Below, in pieces: positions 1 through 10,775 of a stretch of 64,000 nt of DNA. The stretch covers positions 22,506,001 to 22,570,000 of the forward strand of contig NC_087246.1 in the NCBI RefSeq assembly GCF_037042905.1. The letters run 5' to 3'. Positions within the stretch are counted from its first letter, which is position 1. Each line of letters begins with the position of its first letter. The stretch comes from Lytechinus pictus. Lineage: Eukaryota. The position numbers were made by a program, and so were the translations under genes. The notes below the pieces were generated by a model that searched no databases, had not been told where the DNA came from, and saw only the letters and a list, made by a program, of their open reading frames with translations.

Positions 1-780
1 TTATAAAAGAAAAATTGTTTAGATTTGGATCTGACATTTCTATTAAACCAAATACAATGTGAATAACCCAAATACAAATAATCATAACCAAACTCTTTTC
101 TGGAAGCTTTATCTCTAAACAAGTACCAGGTCCGGATTGAGTCTGCAAGTAGGGAACAATTTAAATTATTCAAAATTTCTTCAGGTGCATGGGCCTTCCA
201 CAAAATGTCCCTCATTGCATTAAATTTGTCTAAAAAGGAAACTTCAATTAATTTCCATCCACTATTGTAATTATCATTTAACAAAAATTTTACCCAAATC
301 ATTTTCTGAGCCAATGAAAATGTATAGGGATCAACCATCTTGAGCCCACAGGCAGAAAAGTCATTACAAAAATATTTCCTCTTTACTCTGTCCTTGCCTC
401 CATTCCAAATAAATCTGTAAAATAAAGTATTTAGATCTTTAAAAAAATTGCTTGGAATTTTAATACACAAAACAGATAGTAAATACAGCAACTGAGGCAT
501 TAATAAAGTTTTAATAACACAGATTTTTCAACAAAAGACAAATTTCTTGAGCGCCAACAATTCAATATATTCTCTATCTGCCTCAGTTTAGGAACATAGT
601 TAAGACTATACAGTGAATTAAAATTCAACGAGAATTGAATACCCAATGTTTTGAAAGAATTATCTCTCCATGTTAGACCTCTTTCAGCAAATGGGAAATC
701 TTGACAACCTTTTTTCCTTCCTATCCAGATAGCTTCTGACTTAGATAAGTTAAGCCTACACCCTGAACTACTGCATAACA
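1..780 (-). mobile_element. 5'-truncated L1/Tx1-clade LINE ORF2 (reverse transcriptase C-terminal part), frameshifted; runs off the window start
   Basis: Minus strand reads SGCRLNLSKSEAIWIG...FKTLGIQF...ILNCWRSRNLSF, then after 1-bp shifts KICVIKTLLMPQLLY/LSVLC...LFYRFIWNGGKDRVKR...GLKMVD...MIWVKFLL. These are the post-RT motifs typical of L1/Tx1 ORF2. Confidence 0.88.
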
Positions 781-785
781 CCTTT

Positions 786-791
786 TTTATT
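786..791 (-). promoter_or_regulatory. Candidate AATAAA poly(A) signal of the TLCD-like gene
   Basis: tttatt on the plus strand, about 160 nt past the stop codon. Confidence 0.45.
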
Positions 792-950
792 ACCGTAGTC
801 CAATATTACAGAAATGACCCTAAAATAGTAGATCATTGAAAAATGAGACCAATTAAATGTGGAAACAGCAAGAAATTGAGAGTTCCTCTACGTATATAGA
901 TTGTTCAATTATACATGAATGTTCACCATACGAAATTATAAATACGATTC

Positions 951-1331
951 CTAGTCAGCCATTATGTCACGCACCTTCGACTTTTGAGCGATAGGTTTCC
1001 TAATGTAATCACTCTCAATCAAACGATAAAATAAACCTATGTTCAATAAGAGCAAAATAAGGCCCATGGGCGGGAAAAGGAAATTAACCTCCGTCCAATT
1101 CGCAAACAACCACCACGTGTCGTAAGCTAAAATACCCAGGCGAAGCACGACGTATGTGATGACATTGAAAACGTTGTTGATCTTGAAGACTAGATCATCT
1201 TTCTTGTAGTCAAACATGAGAAGGATGTGACGGAGATGAAGAGAGATGCCGTTGATTTCTATGCAAGAAGTGATGGCAACTATACCAAACATTTTCTTCT
1301 CCACTATTACCCAGAATATGATAAAAATATC
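951..1331 (-). CDS. TLCD-like terminal coding exon (DIFIIFW...RDIMAD*)
   Basis: ttcgttttgcag| acceptor, phase 0; TAG at 953-951. Confidence 0.9.
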   Translation of the reverse strand, partial: DIFIIFWVIVEKKMFGIVAITSCIEINGISLHLRHILLMFDYKKDDLVFKINNVFNVITYVVLRLGILAYDTWWLFANWTEVNFLFPPMGLILLLLNIGLFYRLIESDYIRKPIAQKSKVRDIMAD

Positions 1332-4300
1332 CTGCAAAACGAAACAAAAAAAATGAAGAGAAGAGTGTCGATCAAGAAGAGAAAGTTGGAGGAACACCAT
1401 GTGGTAGGACAAAAAATAATATGGATTTTTTTTTTCGCTCCACGACACACGACATATTCAAGAACATAGAAAATGTATTGTCAAATCCCTTCATGACAAT
1501 GAACAACCATGGAGTCTTTGTCGTAAATTGGTGAATCAGCAGCTTCACCCAGGATTCTAGACAAACGATATTGCAATATTTCGTCAGCTCCAAAACTTAC
1601 GACGAAATTGCTGTTCCGGTTCACTCATATTTTCGACAAAGACCTCCCAGCTGTTTTTGTCATTTTGACGGGCATTTTCAATACTTTTACTGTGTGTTTG
1701 AATCCGTTGTGCGTTGCGAGTGAAATCTCCCTAATGACGTTTTCTTTGAGAATAACCCTGCTTTTACATTTAGGATAATACACATTGTTTACACTTAACC
1801 ATGCTCCTTATTTATAATGAGAACATTGTTTTGGAGACGGTACATACCAATTCAGGTAATTTCATCTGAATGAAATTTAGATTCAATCTTTATATCTGCT
1901 GAAAATAAATAATGTTCAAAATCCTCTATGACGTTGTATATCAGATTAGATTTGTTTGAGATACTTCATTGTATGAATTATTTTCACCGCTCTACCACTG
2001 AACAATATACTTTTGAGTGAAGTAGACTAAAGATTATTCGGTTTAGGGTTCAGTGACATATTTTATAGAATTAATCTAATAAATCAGTGAATGACAAATT
2101 AGATCGAATTCAATACACATTTGTAAGATTGAAATGGAAGAATGACATCGAAAGTAAAATTTACATCAATTTTTACCAAATCTATAATCTGGCTTGAACA
2201 AATATTTTCAATTTTGATGTGTTACTTAAGTCAGCGCTTCTCAACCTTTTTTACTCGAGGACCACTTTGACTCTCAAATTTGTTTCGAGGCCCACCTACC
2301 AAAATTTTAAGAAAGCGATATGACTACTTGTCTCGACTCAAAGATAGACAATGATTATAATGGGCATATTAGTGCGTATAACTTTCAGTAGCTCGGCCTT
2401 TGAGCCCCTTCTACAAACGTATACAACCATGACAACATAACAACTTAATAACAAGAATGCTGAATAGCTTCAACATTCGACACACGTTGCTTATGATTTT
2501 GCATCACTGCCAGTCATGATGAATCCAAATTTAATGTATTCAGGGTCATAATTTCTCACAGTTATATTCAGAGACTTTTCAATTTGTTTCCTCCCTCGCC
2601 CTTTTTAAATCGCTTTAAAAAAAGGTCAATTTTGATGAAAGTATGTTTTCGTGAAATTTGAACACAAAGCCCTGAAGCACGTTCGAAACAAACAGATCAA
2701 GAACTAACTGCATTCGCAAAGGTCCGGAAAATGGGCGACAATTAACTAAATTCTACACAATATGCATACATGATAAGGTTCACATCAAAGTTAGATAGAA
2801 ACCATCATAATCTGTATGCATATTGCAACATGCATAAAGCATGCTTTACCTTTGTTTGACCCACGTAGACCGATCAAACATAACATATTTGGGCTGTTGG
2901 ACAGGTCCAGGTGTGTGAAACATATTATAGTTTTTTCCCCATTTTTTTTTCTTCCTCCGGAGCTTCTCGCGGCCCACCTGCGTGGAAGAGCTTCGCGGCC
3001 CACCGTTTGAGAAGCGCTGACTTAAGTTTCGTTGCAACGAAAAGGATTATTACTGCTAATAGAACATTATGTTAACAGGACATTGATGAAAAACGGCTTT
3101 GCAGATTCGATTGCTTTTTTAAATCCTGTACAAATATGTTTGATAAATGAATAGATAAATAATTAAATGAATAAATTTATAATAAATGATTTCATACCAG
3201 AATATGATGTATCATCAATGGAAGAAAACTGGCCAGTTTGGTGTTCATCGCAAGATCGATAAAATCATACATGTAGTATCCTGTATGAATATTAAAATGA
3301 GGGGTGGAAGGATTTATATAGGACAGGTAAAGGAGACCAATACTTCGACAGTACATGGTATAAATGACAGCAGAGATTTTTTTTATGTCAAATTACAAGA
3401 GGCAACCAAACAGGTGACACGACGTTTGCTCCAGCGACAACTGCTTCGGGTTTTGTTTCGTCTAAGACATGGGTCAAACAAAGGTAAAGCATGCTTTATG
3501 CATGTTGCAATATGCATACAGATTATGATGGTTTCGATCTAACTTTGATGTGAACCTTATCATGTATGCATATTGTGTAGAATTTAGTTAATTGTCGCCT
3601 ATTTACCGGACCTTTGCGAATTCAGTTAGTTCTTGAACAGTTAATGTTTGTTTCGAACGTGCTTCAGGGCTTTGTGTTCAAATTTCACGAAAACATACTT
3701 TCATCAAAATTGACCTTTTTTAAAGCGATTTAAAAAGGGCGAGAGAGGAAACAAATTGAAAAAAGTCTCTGAATGTAACTGTAAGAAATTATGACCCTGA
3801 ATACATTAAATTTGGATTCATCATGACTGGCAGTGATGCAAAATCATAAGCAATGTTTGTCGAATGTTGAAGGTATTCAGCATTCTTGTTATTAAGTTGT
3901 TATGTTGTCATGGTTGTATACGTTTGGAGAAGGGGCTCAAAAGCCGGGCTACTGAAAGTTATACGCACTAATATGCCCATTATCATTGTCTATCTTTGAG
4001 TCGAGACAAGTAGTCGTATCGCTTTCTTAAAAGTTTGGTAGATGGGCCTCGAAAAAAATTTGAGAGTCAAAGTGGTCCTCGAGTAAAAAAAGGTTGAGAA
4101 GCGCTGGTCTAAGATATATGGTTAAGGTAAGAGTTGCAATAGAGTTTTATGTTACGTATATGATTAGGTTTTTAGGTATAGTGTTATACCCGAAGTTGAA
4201 GTCGGTCGTTCCATTAATGTGTGGAATTTACAGCGGAGCAATTGTCGCCGAAAGCAAATGTCACGGAACCTACAAACTAATGGTACCGAACTAGGAGACG

Positions 4301-5707
4301 AATGTTATCCAGGTCAATTATCAGATAGTTGATTTATGATTACCTTATTTCTCAAATAATTGAAGTAATATCATAAAGTATTACAATCTAAAAAATGAAG
4401 TGCTAAGTTTTCTTAAGGAGCTTATAATGTATTCACTGCACTTGCTGATTTAGTAATTTAATTTTGAACTATAAAAAAAGCACCCGAAGTGCAGTCACTA
4501 TACAAGCTCCTTAAGTCCTAAATTAGCACTTCATTTTTAGAGTGCACATTTTAAGTAAAACTTTCAAAAAACATATTGAACTGAAAAAGGATACTACTTT
4601 GATAACATTTAATCTTTTTTTTTACTTGCGAAGGCAGAAATATAATTGTCAACCGTCGTATAAAGTTGAGTATCATCCTTACCATTGGTAACTGCCATGG
4701 ATATTAGGATTATGGCGGACGTAGCATTCAAATGATCACTAAGCAACTCTGGAGAGAAGTATATACTGTAACCATGGTAAGAGATGGAGGAAGAGAGAGA
4801 GAGAGGGGGAGAGAGAGAGTGGGGGGAGAGGGAGTGGAGAAAGAACGAATTTTAAAACCAGATATTGCTTCAAACATAGACAAAGTGACCCGGGTCACAG
4901 TTCTTTTATGGCGGGTCTAAAACTAGATAACATTTTCATTGCATTTCATTTACACAACATAAATATACAGAGAAATTATGCGAATAATACTTATTTTTAT
5001 CTATTCATATAATATATTAAAATAGGTTAACAAAATAAGAAATATGAATATTGCTTTGCATGTTTCGTCTTGGCACTTAAAAAGAACAGTCAATGGTAAT
5101 TACAATAATAAAGTACACAAATCATTTCAATAAAAAGAAAGCCAAGGTAATACAGAACCCTGGAAACATTCAATTAAAGACCCTGGTTTAACGAATGGTA
5201 ACTATAAACACAGTAAATCTATTGAAAACGCCCGTCAAAATAATCACAATGGACAGCTATATAGAGGGCTGTGCCGAAAACTGGTGAACCAGGATAGCAG
5301 ATCGTCCTGAGATTCTGAGCTGACGAAAAAATGCAAATATTTTGTTTGTCCAGAGTCCAAAACGACACTTCTGTTTTGATTTACCGATTTTCGACTGCTT
5401 TGTCACGAAGAGCTATTGAGAATAGATTCTCTGCGTTCCAGGAAACGTCTGCGTAGTGGTTGCAAAAACTCCCAAATACCACTAAACAGCAACACAGAAT
5501 CATAGTATAGACCTACCTTGCTAATCCTCCTGTTGAAGCAGACACTGCATGTATGGTGGAGATGACCACATTTTTCCACTTGTGTCGACGGGATCTATCC
5601 GCATATTTCGGGGGCACAGGCAGCTTGTCGATGAGAATGTTGAGTAAGAAGCACATGATCATCGATGTCGCCATGATGGCGAAACTGACAGATGAGGAAA
5701 TTTCCAT
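951..5707 (-). CDS. TLCD2: TLC (TRAM/LAG1/CLN8) domain protein, TLCD1/TLCD2-like, about 245 aa; exons 5707-5517, 4765-4683, 3280-3198, 1331-951
   Basis: All introns GT-AG and phase-consistent (2,1,0); CDS 738 nt. Motifs KWKNVVISTIHA, GYYMYDFID, IHHIL, IEINGISLHLR, NVITYVVLRL match the TLC consensus (WxN..S..H, GYF.xD, HH, E.N..FLH.R, F..R). Orthology to TLCD1 versus TLCD2 cannot be resolved by eye. Confidence 0.88.
1420..1700 (-). repeat. Diverged interspersed repeat, inverted partner of 5205-5480
   Basis: The reverse complement has cacagtaaaagtattgaaaatgcccgtcaaaat and gagctgacgaaatattgcaatat, matching cacagtaaatctattgaaaacgcccgtcaaaat and gagctgacgaaaaaatgcaaatat at 5209-5340. Confidence 0.75.
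2232..3019 (+). mobile_element. Non-autonomous hAT (Charlie-like) element, complete
   Basis: TIR CAGCGCTTCTCAA/TTGAGAAGCGCTG; 8-bp TSD ACTTAAGT at 2224-2231 and 3020-3027. Confidence 0.92.
3198..3280 (-). CDS. TLCD-like coding exon 3 (GYYMYDFIDLAMNTKLASFLPLMIHHIL)
   Basis: atacag|...|gtatga, 83 nt, phase 1 to 0; TLC GY..D and HH motifs. Confidence 0.9.
3413..4270. mobile_element. Older MITE hosting the 3468-4106 insertion
   Basis: Imperfect TIRs ggtgacacgacgtttgctccagcgacaactgcttcg / cggagcaattgtcgccgaaagcaaatgtcacggaacc. Confidence 0.6.
3468..4106 (-). mobile_element. Second, inverted copy of the same hAT element; one TIR deleted except its terminal CA
   Basis: Near-identical reverse complement of 2232-2863; 8-bp TSD GTCTAAGA at 3460-3467 and 4107-4114. 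Confidence 0.92.
4384..4544. mobile_element. Short palindromic MITE
   Basis: tctaaaaaatgaagtgctaa...cttaaggagctt pairs with aagctccttaag...ttagcacttcatttttaga. Confidence 0.6.
4683..4765 (-). CDS. TLCD-like coding exon 2 (IYFSPELLSDHLNATSAIILISMAVTNG)
   Basis: ttacag|...|gtaagg, 83 nt, phase 2 to 1. Confidence 0.85.
5205..5480 (+). repeat. Diverged interspersed repeat, inverted partner of 1420-1700
   Basis: Same colinear anchor matches as the partner. Confidence 0.75.
5517..5707 (-). CDS. TLCD-like coding exon 1 (MEISSSVSF...HAVSASTGGLA)
   Basis: ATG at 5707; donor AG|gtaggt, phase 2. A strong upstream acceptor ttttctttctttctcaacag at 5821 implies a 5'UTR intron. Confidence 0.85.
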
Positions 5708-5868
5708 TCTGAAGAGCTTTAAAGATGCTGGGTTTAAAAGTGGTTTGTATAGCGATCGAGTGCATCTACACACCCCTTGTGGGTCGGTTCAATATCACAC
5801 TGGAAATTTACTTTTTAATCCTGTTGAGAAAGAAAGAAAACTTTACATTTGAGCTATCATGGACCTTA

Positions 5869-5987
5869 AAGCCCCTTTCACAATTGGTGGTGCGACTGCT
5901 TACAACCGTTGCGATTGTGTTGAACATAATTTTATATTGTGACCGAATGATCGTAAACGATCGCACTAGCAATTGTGAAAGCCCCTT
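5869..5987. mobile_element. Small hairpin MITE
   Basis: ctttcacaattggtggtgcga ... tcgcactagcaattgtgaaag inverted arms. Confidence 0.5.
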
Positions 5988-6077
5988 TAGGTATGGAGAC
6001 CCAATTAACCTAATATAAATGAATTAAGATAATATAAATACTAGAGAATTTCCGAATGCATTCAGAAACTTGCGAAT

Positions 6078-6210
6078 CAGTGGCGTACCTAGGATTTTCC
6101 ACAGGGGGGGGCAAAATCGGCCGCCAAAAAATTTGACAAGCAAAAAAAAAAAAAAAAAAAAAGGTCTTCAATTAAAAAATGAAGGTTTTCGTACCAGAAA
6201 TAAATTGACA

Positions 6211-6245
<35 letters not shown>

Positions 6246-6418
6246 TCTTCAAGCTCATCCAGGGGGGGGGCAATAAAGGTCTTCAAGCTCGTCAGGGGGG
6301 GCAAAAAAGGTCTTTTAAGCTCGTCAGGGGGGGCTGGTATATGTCTTTTGTATGGGTTGTGGCTCGTCAGGGGGGGCAGAGTGCCCCCCTGCCCCCCCCC
6401 CCCGTAGGTACGCTAGTG
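6078..6418 (+). mobile_element. CAGTGGCG-type poly-G MITE (hAT-like, 8-bp TSD)
   Basis: CAGTGGCGTACCTA...TAGGTACGCTAGTG; TSD TTGCGAAT on both sides. Confidence 0.88.
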
Positions 6419-7180
6419 TTGCGAATGCCTTCTACAGAGTGGATTTCGATACAGCCTGATGAAAGTTTTATTTTGAGTACGAGCAGATGGGACCGCCCCC
6501 GGGAATATATGTCCGAGGATTTCGGAAGATAACCGCTTTTTAGTATTTACCAAAAATTAAATGAATACAATGAATGGAGCAAAGTTAAATTGCAAACTTA
6601 TCAATTTTATCCATATCGTAAGCCGAAATCCATGTAACATTGATTTAAGCGGTGTTAGGCCGTGGCGTTGTGATGTTTAGGGCTAATCATGAAGGGATGG
6701 GAAACGGGTCATATTGCAGGAACTCAGGCATGAGAATGATGAATAGACCTCTGTCGATTTTATCATGGAGCTATTATCATGCATTCAATATTATGTCTAT
6801 TATGATGGTGAAATGGGTGAATGAGATCAGAAGCTAAATAGGCATGCACGATACGTGGTGGCTTTAGCTGAAATGCAAATCTATGGACAATATCCCAGCA
6901 AAAAAATCTGATGATAAATTTAACCATAGAACAGTGTGATCATATCACTTGAAAGCTTACCCAAATAGATTCAAGAATCATTTTCAAAACAAGCATTGAT
7001 AATTAATCAAAAGGTTACTGCTTCTTTAAACAGCAGAAAATAAGTCCTTATCAAAGGAGCTGCGTGTTATTCTGTTATTAGGTGACTGTTCGTGCATAAA
7101 TTATATCGAAACAAATATATACAATACGAATCTACATGACCTATTATAAGACATTGCTGTATTGAATGATTTTCACTTAC

Positions 7181-7300
7181 CTTGAAATAAAAGATTAAAT
7201 CCTCAGTCCCCCATCAACACTTGCACATCACGTAGCTGAAGAATCTGGAAGACATTCGATGTGGTGAATGGTAGTCCTCAGCTATATCAGTCATGTCAGT
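7181..7300 (-). other. Candidate non-coding 5'UTR exon of the TLCD-like gene (5' end unknown)
   Basis: Consensus donor caag|gtaagt at 7181/7180 could splice to the acceptor at 5821. Confidence 0.35.
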
Positions 7301-7760
7301 CAGTCAACATGGTCAATAGCAAAATAATGCAAGTTTGTCTGCCAAGTTGACTGTACAGTTGATTGCCTTTGGAGCGCTACACTATTCAAAGGGTCATCAA
7401 CAAAGAAAGCACTCAGCTGATGCCATGGTCATACACAGATAGTTTTTACAGGGGGGGGGGGTACGTAAAAAATCGAAGAAACTCGAAAACGAGGACTGAA
7501 GCGACCGAGCTTGTCATGGGGCGCTTTTCCATATTTTAAGGTGAAATTGAAAACAAAATTGCAAGTTGAAAAATGGCGAACTTTGTGAAAATTTTCAATT
7601 TAAAATGTAGGTTTTCAAAATTTCTGGGGGACTACCCCCCTCACTGCGTACAGCAATGGCTGTAGCATCACATTTCATGTTTGCAAAGTTATGGGGAACA
7701 AAATCTGTTGCATTTAGCATTACTTTGATGAGTCACGACCTCTGATCGTGGTAACCTTAA

Positions 7761-8344
7761 AGGAGAATGAAACTCTTGAAGCAAGTTAGCTTTTGTGAAA
7801 GCAGAAAAATCTAAGAATAAGATCAACAAAAGTTTGAGTAAAATAGGACTAGCAATAGAAGAGTTAGGAGCATTTGAATGTCGAGATCACTAATGCTATG
7901 GAGATCCTCCCATTGGCAATGCGACCAAGATCTATGATATCACAGATGAACAACTCTCCCCTTTTGGACACTGAAAATATACCCCAAAACATATCTTTTT
8001 GCTCATTCTAATCATATGACAAACGATTCATCAATGATTTAATGTTGTGAAACCTCTGTACTTGTCCTCTTATAAAGAGAACACCTCACCTTGTGATAGA
8101 CTCTATAAAAGTGAGAATATAGGTGAAATAAGTACTAAAGTAATGAGGGAGTTGTACGTGTGTGACATCACAGATCTTGGTCGCATTGCCAATGGGAGGA
8201 ACTACATAGCATTAATGATCTCAATATTCAAATGCTCATAACTTTCTTATTATTCATTAAATCTTCCTCAAACTTTCAACAATATTTTTCTTTGATTTTT
8301 CTCTTTGATATGGATTCAGCTGGTTTCAAGGGTTTCATTCTCCT
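7761..8344 (+). mobile_element. TTAA-AGG (Kolobok/T2-like) MITE with long internal inverted arms
   Basis: ttaa|AGGAGAATGAAAC...GTTTCATTCTCCT|ttaa; internal cccattggcaatgcgaccaagatct / agatcttggtcgcattgccaatggg. Confidence 0.88.
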
Positions 8345-8511
8345 TTAACGTATTAATTCAGGATTTGCATTTTGACACCGCGCAGGTAGGTTTTAATTAT
8401 GAGATTTGATAATCTGTTGATACCAATCTTCTTAAATTATATGACTTACTTTATTTGTCCGGTGTATAGATAAATCTCCAATGAAAAAAAATCACAATAC
8501 AGATATATGAT

Positions 8512-8626
8512 TAGTGGCGGACCGTAACCCGGAGGAGACAAAGCATTGGAGGGGCACAGCATTGTTCACAAACAAATACAGTGCCCCTCCAATGCTCTGT
8601 CTCCTCCGGGTCACGGTCCGCCACTG
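8512..8626. mobile_element. About 115-bp hairpin MITE
   Basis: agtggcggaccgtaacccggaggagacaaagcattggaggggcac pairs with gtgcccctccaatgctctgtctcctccgggtcacggtccgccact. Confidence 0.85.
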
Positions 8627-9759
8627 ATAAGTACTATGATTCATGCGAAAAGGAGTAACCGTGAACAGTGAACATAGAAAGTAACAAAAAACATCCAAAA
8701 ATAACTATGAGTTTCCAGCAAATGTTCATATTTCAGCAAATTTAGAAAATATATTATTATTGCAATAAAAACATATAATTTATAATTAGTTCTTATATTT
8801 GAATGTTATTTTAATTTTATGAATTGCCCTCCCATCCTCTCTCCTTTCTATTTTACTAAAATATAAAATTAAAAATTCAGCTTATCTTATACCTGCTTAT
8901 AAAAACATTTCTATAGTCCCATAGTAAAGCAGATTTCCAAGGATATACAACATACGCAACAACCCCGCTTCCAGGGGCCATGCCTACATCTCATCCAGGT
9001 AAATCCAGTATCGTATTTTTAAGTGACACGGACTCTCATAACATGTGTTTGCTTACAGAAATATGTATTTGAAAAAAAAATTCCAGAATGTAAAGAATCT
9101 AAAAAAATAACCTCATTTTAATCGAATACCATTAAACAGATACACTGCATCACAAGTTGAAACATTTATTTGAAGATAATATACTGACCATGCTGACGAT
9201 TTGGCCCAATTGAATTGTATTGAATTTGAAATGTAAAATCAGTAGGATGTCGTGTAAATTCCAATCAGTAATTCAAAGTGTCGTGGTTTTCGGCAAACAG
9301 TACAACATATATTTTTTTCATTTCATTGACCCAAAAAAAAAGCGATGGAGGATCTTTTATGAAAGTATTTATATTTCCCGAAAGCAGCTGCTAAACTCAC
9401 TGTACGCGTCAAGTCGAGTGATGGCGCGATCCCGAGAACCTGTCCGCCGGGAGAAAAAACTCCGGGCGATCACACTTGGTACAAATTTGGTACTTGGTAC
9501 AAACAATCTCCATGGTACCAAAAAAATCAAGTAAAACCACATGCGTTTTGTTAAAGATGATGAGGTAAAATGTCATCTTGGGATCAAAGGTTCAATCTTT
9601 TTGTTTAACTTGCTCCCTCATTTCTTTATTTTTCCATTAAATTATGATCACACTTGGCAGTTCAAAGGTCATCTATAGGGTTCAAAAGATCATATTGAAT
9701 ATTAAATTGATCTTGAAATCAGGCGGTTCACCAGCCACCTTGTATTATCAGCGTTGGAT

Positions 9760-10162
9760 ATGTTCCTTCATATTAAAAAAAATGTCAACCCAATTAAGGG
9801 GATCTGCATTACATGTATTAATGGGAGAGCTTGTCATTTATTCAAATCCTTTCATTGTGTGCAACAAATGTTGTTTTGAAAGCATTGAAACATATTGACA
9901 AACATAATGAGAACGTTAAGAGGAGTTTCATAATTACCAAGTTTGATAATCATATTTATCATTTTCTGCAATTTTTGCGCAAATATTTTTATGAACCCCC
10001 AACAAAAAAATTCCGTGTTCGCTCAAGCATGAACGAAACTTGAAAGATGAAACTTTAGAGCATCTATGAACACCAAAATATAGACATCATAATTTGAAAC
10101 AAAGACTTTATCAAAGATTTTATAAACTTTTCAAAACTAACCCGTTTTATTGATATGCACTG
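9760..10162. mobile_element. Partial copy (one arm) of the Tc1/mariner-like MITE at 21575-22951
   Basis: Shares ccgtgttcgctcaagcatgaac and ends ...gcactg|ta. Confidence 0.6.
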
Positions 10163-10172
10163 TATACATCAA

Positions 10173-10317
10173 GGGCCCGTTGCAGAAAGAGTTGCGTTTA
10201 AACGCAAGCCAAAAAATCAGTCGCAAGTCCCAAATGCACGCTGTTGATTGGTTGAAAATCAAGTTGCGCATGATTTTTAGAGTTGCAATTGATTGCAACT
10301 CTTTCTGCAACGGGCCC
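10173..10317. mobile_element. PIF/Harbinger-like MITE
   Basis: TIR GGGCCCGTTGCAGAAAGAGTTGC; 3-bp TSD CAA. Confidence 0.8.
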
Positions 10318-10364
10318 CAAGGGACTGGATTCAAGCTAATATCTCCACTCATCAAGGGAATCAA

Positions 10365-10775
10365 AAGACGAGTTCACCCCCCCCCCCCAAAAAAAAAAAA
10401 TGATTTGAATAAAAGGAGAAAAATCCAGAAAGCATCAAAATCGGATGTAAAATAAGAAAGCTGTGATATTTTGAAGTTTCTCTTAATTTAACAAAACAGT
10501 TATATGCACATCCTGGTCGGTATGCAAATGAGGTGAGTGATGACATCATTCACTCACTATTTCTTTTGTATTTTATCATATGAAATATGAAATATTCAAA
10601 TTTTCTCCTCATTGTCCTGTGAAACAAAGTTTTATTCTTCCCTGAACATGTGGAATGCCAATGTTTTAACATTTCATGGTTCAGACAAGTAATGAAAATA
10701 ATGAAAAAAAAAATCGTGTGTGATGGTCATCATCGACTCTCTCATTTGCATATCACTGAGTTGTGCATATAAGTA
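10365..10775 (+). mobile_element. Truncated copy of the Kolobok-like MITE at 48075-48676
   Basis: Shares atgatttgaata, aaaatcggat, cactcactatttcttttgtattt, ctctcatttgcatatcactgag. Confidence 0.7.

Noticed and set aside
1332-1448. N-terminal extension of ORF 951-1448
   Set aside because: Intronic; the real exon starts at the acceptor at 1331, in phase with exon 3.
3186-3542. 118-aa plus-strand ORF sharing a C-terminus with ORF 2791-3003
   Set aside because: The shared part is the duplicated hAT MITE; the rest is antisense to TLCD exon 3.
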